From positions 5,809 to 69,808 of the IMG/VR virus record IMGVR_UViG_3300007790_000161: a DNA stretch of 64,000 nucleotides, one strand, 5' to 3'. Made by a program: the position numbers and the translations under genes. A model generated the notes under the pieces. The model did no database searches. It saw only the letters and a program-made list of their open reading frames with translations, and was not told the origin of the DNA. Positions 8,811 to 15,281 of the stretch are shown here, piece after piece. The stretch is from a virus. The stretch's first letter is position 1; each line of letters opens with the position of its first letter.

Positions 8811-9172
8811 CCCATTTCAAGGAAGTCTGCAAGTGTGGTAAGGTAATCATGCAATGTAGGTGTCCCGGACAGAAGGAGATTCGCGTGACTGACAAGTGTG
8901 AGCATGACTGGAGTCAGGCTCTTGTGGATGAGTTGGATGAGCAGTACGATGTTCCCGCAAGTGTTGAGGGAAACATCGTAAAGAAGGTTGAGATTGACCT
9001 TCCCGGACGGCACTACCTTGACGTTACGAATCACAACCTCTACGGTTTCATTGTCACGCTGACCATTTGTGACGAGACTGGCGGGGTTATCGCTGAAAAG
9101 GACCTGCTTGTTGGTGTTAAGCAGGAGAATCTTGCCAGTGATGTGGCAGGAATTTACAATTCCTACGAATGA
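8807..9172 (+). CDS. hypothetical protein with N-terminal Cys cluster
   Basis: ATGA overlap; CKCG...CRC. Confidence 0.65.
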   Translation: MTHFKEVCKCGKVIMQCRCPGQKEIRVTDKCEHDWSQALVDELDEQYDVPASVEGNIVKKVEIDLPGRHYLDVTNHNLYGFIVTLTICDETGGVIAEKDLLVGVKQENLASDVAGIYNSYE

Positions 9173-9178
9173 GGGGTA

Positions 9179-9370
9179 ATGGGAATCAAAAAGTGGACAG
9201 ACTTAACTCCATCTGAAAAGATGCAGTGGTTTGACAATTCAATACGAATTCATGAGGACCTTCCTATTCAGAAGAAGCGTAAGATTTGGGCGCGGATTGA
9301 AAAGGAACGTAAGAAGGCTGAGCAAAGAGCCAAGAGGCGTAAGCCTAAGTGGTGGCAGCGTAAAAAGTAA
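9179..9370 (+). CDS. small basic protein
   Basis: RBS GAGGGG; Lys/Arg-rich. Confidence 0.6.
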   Translation: MGIKKWTDLTPSEKMQWFDNSIRIHEDLPIQKKRKIWARIEKERKKAEQRAKRRKPKWWQRKK

Positions 9371-9383
9371 CAAACGGGAGGGG

Positions 9384-9412
9384 TTGACAGACCCCTCCCA
9401 AGCTTGTAAGGT
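9384..9412 (+). promoter_or_regulatory. sigma70-type promoter embedded in an inverted repeat
   Basis: TTGACA-N17-TAAGGT. Confidence 0.72.
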
Positions 9413-9434
9413 AATGACCAACAAAGGAGAAGAA

Positions 9435-9671
9435 ATGTTCGGTCGTAAGAAGTACCGCAAGGGTCGTAAGTATGTGCTTGTCATTGCGGCACTGGACCTT
9501 CGCAATCAAGCTAGGCTGTACACTCTCAGGAAGCGTGTTTGGTTTAGTAAGCATGTTTCCGAGATTGACGCAATGGACATGATGATTGATATGCTGTGTG
9601 AAACTTCAGGTGATGAGACTTTCACCAAGCATGAGGCTATGGTTGTCTTTTACCGTCTTGTTCGAGACTAG
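9435..9671 (+). CDS. hypothetical protein
   Basis: RBS AAGGAG before ATG 9435. Confidence 0.65.
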   Translation: MFGRKKYRKGRKYVLVIAALDLRNQARLYTLRKRVWFSKHVSEIDAMDMMIDMLCETSGDETFTKHEAMVVFYRLVRD

Positions 9672-9727
9672 GACTTGACAGGCAGGCGCAAGTCTGCCAA
9701 GCTTGTAACACAACGAAGGGACAGAAG

Positions 9728-9934
9728 GTGCTTCCATCAGGCCACAAGCCGGTATGCAGGTCATGTTACAATTTCGATTGCGACAATTGTGCTGACAAAA
9801 TTGCAAAGAATACTGAATGGGAAGGGGTATTTCCTAAGTGCGAATGCGGATGCTCGGTAAGCGTGGACAGCCGTTCTGTGGAAGCAAGTGCTGTGGAGAA
9901 AAGCGTGCGAAGAAGAAGCACACGCGCCGAATGA
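9728..9934 (+). CDS. Cys-rich (Zn-finger-like) hypothetical protein
   Basis: CRSC...CDNC...CECGC. Confidence 0.6.
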   Translation: MLPSGHKPVCRSCYNFDCDNCADKIAKNTEWEGVFPKCECGCSVSVDSRSVEASAVEKSVRRRSTRAE

Positions 9935-9986
9935 AGCGTCGGGAGCGTGGTTCCCGAGCGTGGCGTAGCTTCTAGAAAATCGGGGG

Positions 9987-10015
9987 TTGACAGAAAAACC
10001 CTCTAGCTGTAAGGT
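9987..10015 (+). promoter_or_regulatory. sigma70-type promoter driving a non-coding region
   Basis: TTGACA-N17-TAAGGT. Confidence 0.72.
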
Positions 10016-10021
10016 AATACC

Positions 10022-10345
10022 AACGCAAGACGGTGAGGGAAGGCGCACTAAGACTCCCGACTCTCACCAAGCTTTGAAGGGTAGAATTACCTCCGTAATG
10101 AGTCCGTGGGTAAGAGTCCATCACGAGTGGAACGAATGGTAACCTACTGCGGCTAACCTTTCTCTTAGACGCCTGATGACCCCCGGATTACGGCTCTTTG
10201 TTTCTAGAGCTTAGATGACCGTAACATCGGTTGCAAACGATAAAGGGGTGAGGGGTGCGCTATAGTGAAAATGGCAAACACACTCGTAAGAGGGGTTCCG
10301 GTTCGAATCCAGATAGCGTACTGGTGTGGGATACCATAAAATCCC
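10022..10345 (+). ncRNA. candidate structured non-coding RNA
   Basis: About 360 nt without a plausible ORF downstream of a promoter. Several stems: 10032-10068, 10076-10162, 10182-10230, a tRNA-like domain, and 10328-10345. Confidence 0.55.
10256..10321 (+). ncRNA. tRNA-like structure lacking an anticodon loop
   Basis: 7-bp acceptor stem TGCGCTA/TAGCGTA, U8A9, D-arm GTG-AAAATGGCAAA-CAC and T-loop TTCGAAT. A CTC-GTAA-GAG hairpin replaces the anticodon arm. Confidence 0.65.
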
Positions 10346-10386
10346 AATCAATAACCGGCTAATCTGCTTAATTAAGGGAGTTTTAC

Positions 10387-10671
10387 ATGCGCCTCAAGGA
10401 TGTAGACCTTACTGGCTGGACCCTGAACATTGAAAAGCATCCGGGATTTAAGGTGATGGGTCAAAATCTGTATTGGTGTTATGTTACCCCGCCCGGAAAG
10501 GAAAAGCCTCTCGAATTCGTTTCCTTCCAGTTTGGGTTGATGATTAATGACCATCTCAGTCTTTATGCCTGGACTGATAAGGGTGCCGAACGTAAGTTCA
10601 TGAAGAAGGTTCGTAAGATGGTTCGAGACGAAATCGTTGAAGCCGAAAGCAAGAAGACCATTTCCCTCTAA
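10387..10671 (+). CDS. hypothetical protein
   Basis: RBS AAGGGAG. Confidence 0.65.
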   Translation: MRLKDVDLTGWTLNIEKHPGFKVMGQNLYWCYVTPPGKEKPLEFVSFQFGLMINDHLSLYAWTDKGAERKFMKKVRKMVRDEIVEAESKKTISL

Positions 10672-10684
10672 GGAGACTGACAAC

Positions 10685-10864
10685 ATGATGATTCCCGCTC
10701 CCCGAGTCGAGTCGTTCCCGTGCCGTGAGACCGGCTGTGATGGCTTCTACGTGCCTTACAGCGACGGTCTGATGGTTTGCTACGACGGACACGTTTCTAG
10801 CCTCTCTGTGGACGACGTAGACGTTCCGGTCGGTGCGCTTGTTCCTGTCCTGGAAGAGTGCTAA
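10685..10864 (+). CDS. hypothetical protein (Cys motif)
   Basis: RBS AAGGAG; CRETGC...CYDGH. Confidence 0.6.
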   Translation: MMIPAPRVESFPCRETGCDGFYVPYSDGLMVCYDGHVSSLSVDDVDVPVGALVPVLEEC

Positions 10865-10917
10865 GATTCTTCTAGCTGGGGACGAAAGTCTCCAGCAAGC
10901 TTCCCTAAGGAGGGGTT

Positions 10918-11151
10918 ATGCAGTACACTATTACTGAGATTCTGCCCAAGAAGTATATGGAAGACCCTACTGACCTTCAGTTTGTTACTGAGGTTGAGGA
11001 TGAATTCCTTCCGAGAATTGGTGATAATCTCGTATATAACAGTCAAGAATATCGAGTTAAGGACGTTGAACGTAATCTTGACACTCGCACTACTATAGTG
11101 TACGTTAGTGTACCTGAACCCGAGCTTGACTTTGGTTATATCGATTGCTGA
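10918..11151 (+). CDS. hypothetical protein
   Basis: RBS AAGGAGG; FLPRIGD motif. Confidence 0.65.
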   Translation: MQYTITEILPKKYMEDPTDLQFVTEVEDEFLPRIGDNLVYNSQEYRVKDVERNLDTRTTIVYVSVPEPELDFGYIDC

Positions 11152-11207
11152 AATCCGGGCGGGTTTTCCCGCCCAAGCTTCCCAACTATCTAATCAAAGG
11201 AAAAGTC

Positions 11208-11708
11208 ATGGTTGGAAATGAAGAGGAAGCTCGTATCATTGCACTCTGGGAATTCGATGAAGTGGATGAATACGAGTATCAACCCCCCGATGGTTTTGAG
11301 TATATCGGGGAGGGAGCTAGCAGGATTGCATTCCGCAGTCTTGCGACTGGAGTAGTGTATAAGCGACACTACTACTCGGATGATGACACTAACGAATTCG
11401 AATACAAGGCAATTGAGAGAATCAAGAGAATTCCTCTCAAGGGCTGGAGGGTTCCCGACGCTACTCTTTATGTGGTTGAGGAACAGCAAATTATAGCAAT
11501 GGAATTTGTTGAGGGTGGAATGGATGTCCATTGTCAGCGTTCCTACTCATTCTGGAACAAGCCGTGCAATTGTGGTAAGCCTCTGGGAATGTGCAGCGCA
11601 GAAGCGTGGGAGCAGCCTCAAGGAAAGTGGCGGGTTTCAGATTTGCATGTTGGCAATATCGTAATCGATGATAACGGCATCAGGGTCTTGATTGACCTCG
11701 GTGCTTGA
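11208..11708 (+). CDS. protein-kinase-like protein (paralog 1)
   Basis: Gly loop GEGASR, VVYK, helix-C Glu, IAMEFVEG hinge, DLHVGN catalytic loop and IDLG. Confidence 0.82.
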   Translation: MVGNEEEARIIALWEFDEVDEYEYQPPDGFEYIGEGASRIAFRSLATGVVYKRHYYSDDDTNEFEYKAIERIKRIPLKGWRVPDATLYVVEEQQIIAMEFVEGGMDVHCQRSYSFWNKPCNCGKPLGMCSAEAWEQPQGKWRVSDLHVGNIVIDDNGIRVLIDLGA

Positions 11709-11762
11709 CCATCACTGCTCAGTCATGATAGGCTGAGCAAGCTTCGGAACAAAGGAGAAAGA

Positions 11763-11903
11763 ATGCCTAAGCGTCAGATGCCCAAGCCTCGTAACCCTCG
11801 TATGAACAAGACGATGGAGTATCGTAAGGGCTCTGGTGATTTTCCGACAATGAGTAAGCCTCGCTACTCTCGTAAGGTCAAGTACATTCGAAAGGAATCG
11901 TAA
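11763..11903 (+). CDS. small basic peptide (46 aa)
   Basis: RBS AAGGAG; MPKRQMPKPRNPRM... Confidence 0.55.
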   Translation: MPKRQMPKPRNPRMNKTMEYRKGSGDFPTMSKPRYSRKVKYIRKES

Positions 11904-12073
11904 TGGAATCCTGGCGGGCTTTCAGAGATAGCAAGTCTCGTGTAAGATATGTAAGGGAAGTTAAGGAAACGGAAGAGAAGTTTGTTCTTCCGTTGTGGAT
12001 TACAATTCCATTTATCATTGCAATGCTTCCCATTATATTTGTTGAAGTTAGATTTCTCTGGGAGGTTATGTAA
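11903..12073 (+). CDS. small membrane protein
   Basis: TAATG overlap; C-terminal TM helix. Confidence 0.5.
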   Translation: MESWRAFRDSKSRVRYVREVKETEEKFVLPLWITIPFIIAMLPIIFVEVRFLWEVM

Positions 12074-12126
12074 TGAATGGTCACTGCTGGTGTGGTGCTG
12101 AGTATCCTTGCCTCAAGCACTGAGGG

Positions 12127-12155
12127 TTGACACCCTACAGGGGGGTAGGGTAAGG
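12127..12155 (+). promoter_or_regulatory. sigma70-type promoter
   Basis: TTGACA-N17-TAAGGT. Confidence 0.7.
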
Positions 12156-12246
12156 TTGTAGTCACAAGGGCAGGGGGCGGAAACAAACCCTGCCAAGCTA
12201 GGAAGGCCAACGGGTCCTCCGGAAAATATTCTAGGGAGAATGCATT

Positions 12247-12630
12247 ATGCGTAAGCTTCACTTCACTGACCCTGAGCTTAAGAACTTCGCCCTTCGTGGT
12301 ACGCATTCGATTCGCGGAGGTATGGAGCTTCTTCACGTGCACTCTCGTAAGGAGCGATTCGGCTCTTACGCTACTCGAATGGACAGTCTGACTCAGGCTT
12401 ACGAGCTTCCCGCTCACGTGATTCACAAGATGATTACGGGCGGGGATTCGGATAAGACGGAAATGCAGTGGATTTACTTTACGAACAAGTACGGCAAGAT
12501 TCGCCCCACCTATCTCTCTGACTCTGGTGTGATTCCCTACGTCGGCTCTGGTGGTTCGGCTCTCAACGACACGAATTTCCTTCTTGACCTCGGTGCCCTT
12601 CGTAAGTTTGGGATTGAGGTTGACTACTGA
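12247..12630 (+). CDS. hypothetical protein
   Basis: 127-aa ORF with phage codon usage. Confidence 0.7.
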   Translation: MRKLHFTDPELKNFALRGTHSIRGGMELLHVHSRKERFGSYATRMDSLTQAYELPAHVIHKMITGGDSDKTEMQWIYFTNKYGKIRPTYLSDSGVIPYVGSGGSALNDTNFLLDLGALRKFGIEVDY

Positions 12631-12702
12631 GGTAGTCATGGGCTACAGTAGAAGCGTAGCCCAAGCTTGCAACACCCCATCGTAAACCAACACTAAGGAT
12701 GA

Positions 12703-13098
12703 ATGATGAACAAGGGTCTCAAGGTCGCTGGTCTCGCTGTTGCTGGTGTGGTTGCTCTGACTGCCTGTGAGGGTGGTTCGAGTACGGTTCACTACAAGAG
12801 TGGTAAGGCTGGCACTGTTGTCGGAAAGTCTTCCAAGGGTGGTACGTACAAACTGACTACCAAGAGCGGCGGTAAGAAGAAGACGTTTGAGGTTTTCTCC
12901 TCTGTCTACTTTGACTGCGGAATGTACAGCTACTACCCCACTTGTGTCAAGTCGGCAAAGCCGGTTTCCACTCCCACCAAGAATGGCGGTGTGAATGGTA
13001 CTCCCAAGTCTAAGAAGACTTCTGGTACTAAGTCCGACTCTAACAAGAAGAGTGGCGGATTTAAGAGTGGTGGCTTCTCTTCCAGCAAGAAGCGCTAA
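12703..13098 (+). CDS. lipoprotein with Lys/Ser/Gly-rich tail
   Basis: Signal peptide with lipobox LTA-C; low-complexity C-terminus. Confidence 0.7.
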   Translation: MMNKGLKVAGLAVAGVVALTACEGGSSTVHYKSGKAGTVVGKSSKGGTYKLTTKSGGKKKTFEVFSSVYFDCGMYSYYPTCVKSAKPVSTPTKNGGVNGTPKSKKTSGTKSDSNKKSGGFKSGGFSSSKKR

Positions 13099-13155
13099 TA
13101 TCCGGCAAAAATAAAGATTATCGTAAACAGAATAAACTAATAGATAATAAATATC

Positions 13156-13193
13156 TCCCCTCTGGCTTCGGCCAGAGGGGATTTTTGTGTTTT
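13156..13193 (+). terminator. strong intrinsic terminator ending the rightward arm
   Basis: TCCCCTCTGGC-TTCG-GCCAGAGGGGA then TTTTTGTGTTTT. Confidence 0.88.
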
Positions 13194-13210
13194 AATTTCA
13201 AAAAATTCAA

Positions 13211-13290
13211 AAATTTTGTGGCAAAATTTTGAACCATCGTAAAGGGAATTCTGAAATTTTTGTGGCATTTTTTATGACCATCGTAAAGGG
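13211..13290 (+). repeat. imperfect direct repeat with A/T tracts
   Basis: AAATTTT(T)GTGGC-N8-..ACCATCGTAAAGGG at 13211-13246 and 13254-13290. Confidence 0.8.
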
Positions 13291-13708
13291 GCTTCTGCCG
13301 GAATCGGACATGTCGGGCTCGCCCCGCTTCGCGGGGCTTCGCCCTCTTTTATACCAAATTGTACCAATTTGGTAGTGTTTGCCCTGGTCTGTACTGAAAT
13401 GTACCCGAATGTCCGATTTTCCCGAATCCCCAGTCGGCACAGAAGATTTTACCTCCTGAGGGGTTGACTAATTGCCAGGGCATAGGGTACGCGCGGGAAT
13501 TCCGGGCCTGCCTGGTTTCGAGCGTCCGGCCGAGCCGTGCCGACACGCGCAGCGCACCCGAGCAGCCGGATAGTTTAACTCTAAACATTTAGGCCGGCAA
13601 ATCATTTCATTAGCTAACTAAATAGTTAGACAGCCTAAGCTGTTACATTCCGGCCGGACGATTGTACCAATCAGTGTAGCAATACAGACGTTGATACAAT
13701 CCGAGATT

Positions 13709-13752
13709 GTTGAACACTCAACAATCAGAGTCTAAGAGGTTGAGTGTTCAAC
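13709..13752. repeat. perfect 14-bp inverted repeat
   Basis: GTTGAACACTCAAC-N16-GTTGAGTGTTCAAC. Confidence 0.9.
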
Positions 13753-13838
13753 CAAAATTTGTAGCATAGATTGTAGCAATACGAAGAGCGCTACAAAGCC
13801 AGTCGGCAAGGATGGTTGAAATCTGTACTTCCACAGGC

Positions 13839-14114
13839 TGTGGATAAACCTGTGGATAACTTCGCTACTCTGTGCAATGTTACTTCACAGTATGTGAGAA
13901 AAGCTCTGTACGCCTTTCTAAGAGCCTCCCAGCACTGCCCATAGGCAACCACCCCAGGGCACCCGCGAAAGGCCGTTAGACGCGATTTTCACGCTGCGTA
14001 GTATCTGACGGACCGTTGGGAAACCCTAGAAAACCGCAGGTCAGACTATGTTTCGGCATTTATGAAGGGTTGTTGAATAACTGCGCACGGTTACTCTCTG
14101 TTGACTGTGGATAA
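13839..14114 (-). promoter_or_regulatory. three perfect DnaA boxes (TTATCCACA)
   Basis: TGTGGATAA at 13839-13847, 13851-13859 and 14106-14114. Confidence 0.7.
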
Positions 14115-14317
14115 CTATTCTTTACCAAGTTGTTACCAAAAAGGTCTTGACAACGAAGCAAAAATTTGCCTACCGGGGGCGGCCGGCCAATCAGGTAAAA
14201 TTTTGGTAACGATTCCTGAAAAGCCTTGACAACTGACCAGCGGGAAGCTATTTACGCGCAGCGTGCACGCTCCGGGTGTGATGGGAACGGCATAGGTTAC
14301 TCGCCGGTTAACTAACT

Positions 14318-14335
14318 GTGTGACGCACGTCACAC
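14318..14335. promoter_or_regulatory. perfect palindrome matching the Crp/GlxR consensus TGTGA-N6-TCACA
   Basis: GTGTGACG-CA-CGTCACAC, 11 bp upstream of TTGCAA. Confidence 0.55.
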
Positions 14336-14340
14336 GAGAA

Positions 14341-14535
14341 AGGGACTTGCAATCCGGGCCGGTTTCCTGGAGAGTCTTCCTTGTCAGAACGGAACGGCGG
14401 AACGGGAAACCGGGAAGTCGGGAAGGGAAGACAAGCGGTAACCGACTCTGATAGAGTCGGAGACGCACCGGAGGAAAACCCGAAAGGGCCAGTACAAAGG
14501 AATGCGCGGTTCCTTGAGAATTCAATAGTGGGTAC
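14341..14535 (+). promoter_or_regulatory. rRNA-operon-like tandem promoter and leader with boxA
   Basis: TTGCAA-N17-GAGAGT; extended -10 TG-A-TAGAGT (14449-14457); CCC-GAAA-GGG hairpin (14479-14488); GTTCCTTGAGAATTCAATAG (14509-14528), which matches actinobacterial rrn boxA as recalled. Confidence 0.72.
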
Positions 14536-14878
14536 AGAAACACATTACGCACCATAGAGCGCTAAAGCGTCCCTAGTCCGTGAATTCTGCGGGGAATACG
14601 CCAATACATTGTTAGCGCGAATCGGTATTCTCGGCACTTTGCCAGAATTAGCGAAAAGACACCCTCTCCCTGTCATGGCAAGACATATCGGGTGTGGCGG
14701 ATATCCGGGCGGTAGACCGGGTGTGAATATCCAATCTGAGTAGCGAAATTCAGCGGGTGTTTTGTTTATTGGTCAATGGTGTAACCGTCCCGATTATCTA
14801 GGGACTGTGGCTTTAGACGCTTACCCTTTCGAGCGTCTAGTGTCCACATGTGATTAGGGGAAGAAAGCTGAGGCGAAA
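14536..14878 (+). ncRNA. highly structured leader of about 340 nt or ncRNA
   Basis: Stems include AATTCTG/CAGAATT, GGGAATAC/GTATTCTC, ACACC/GGTGT, GGATAT/ATATCC, GTCCC/GGGAC and TAGACGCT/AGCGTCTA. Confidence 0.55.
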
Positions 14879-15184
14879 ATGACCACTGCCAAGAGCACTG
14901 CCAAGCGTCCGGCGCGCAAGGTTGCCGAGACTGCCGAGAGTGACCCTCAGAACGTCGCAGGATGGACGTTCACGGCCCCCCGGAAGGTTCGGGGGTGGAA
15001 GAGTGCCGGTACCGTCTCTCTGACGCGTCAGACGCCGGATGAGCCGTCCGGCGGGTGGCATAAGGTGTGCCGTGCCCTGTGGAACATGGGTGAGGCGGCC
15101 GAAACCGCAACGGGCGGGAATGCGTATTACGCCCGTCGCCGTGACGCGATTGTCTCGCGTCTGGAATCCTTCCTTTCCAAGTAG
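14879..15184 (+). CDS. hypothetical protein, first gene of the putative early block
   Basis: First ORF after the leader; Ala/Lys-rich N-terminus. Confidence 0.7.
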   Translation: MTTAKSTAKRPARKVAETAESDPQNVAGWTFTAPRKVRGWKSAGTVSLTRQTPDEPSGGWHKVCRALWNMGEAAETATGGNAYYARRRDAIVSRLESFLSK

Positions 15185-15281
15185 CTAAACCGTCTCTTCC
15201 GGTAATGCCGGATTGAGGCAAGGGAAACCCAACAAACCGAATTCCCCTAATCACTTGCGGACACTAGAAAGGAGAAAATCA

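Larger units (their letters stand above)
970..12668 (+). repeat. Dispersed intergenic motif: GC-rich hairpin immediately followed by AAGCTT, about 22 copies
   Basis: AAGCTT follows a stem-loop at 990, 1216, 2372, 3117, 3830, 4885, 5462, 5694, 5927, 6644, 7450, 7809, 8348, 9400, 9699, 10069, 10897, 11175, 11739 and 12663. Variants occur at about 10004 (TAGCTG) and 12195 (AAGCTA). Confidence 0.9.
13194..14340. other. about 1.1-kb non-coding region, a candidate genome-end or origin region
   Basis: No credible ORF; contains direct repeats, inverted repeats and DnaA boxes. Confidence 0.6.

Noticed and set aside
10093-10152. Hammerhead ribozyme (ATGAGTCC...GGAACGAA, three stems)
   Set aside because: The core lacks C3-U4-G5 and the A15.1-U16.1 pair. 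The second CTGATGA at 10173 has no matching GAAA. An Infernal search could overturn this.
10022-10345. tmRNA
   Set aside because: No GGGG 5' acceptor half at the start, no tag reading frame and no terminal CCA arrangement.
11692-12597. Shared TTGACCTCGGTGC at the ends of genes 11208 and 12247 as a fourth kinase remnant
   Set aside because: ORF 12247-12630 lacks the Gly loop, Lys and catalytic-loop motifs. The match reflects a common DLGA peptide.
13194-14340. CRISPR array or protein-coding genes in the non-coding region
   Set aside because: Repeats number only two or three with no regular unique spacers. The ORFs listed there lack an RBS and phage-like codon usage.
14400-14880. An rRNA gene following the rrn-like leader
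   Set aside because: No 16S 5' sequence (AGAGTTTGATC...) follows. Only the promoter, leader and boxA resemble rrn.
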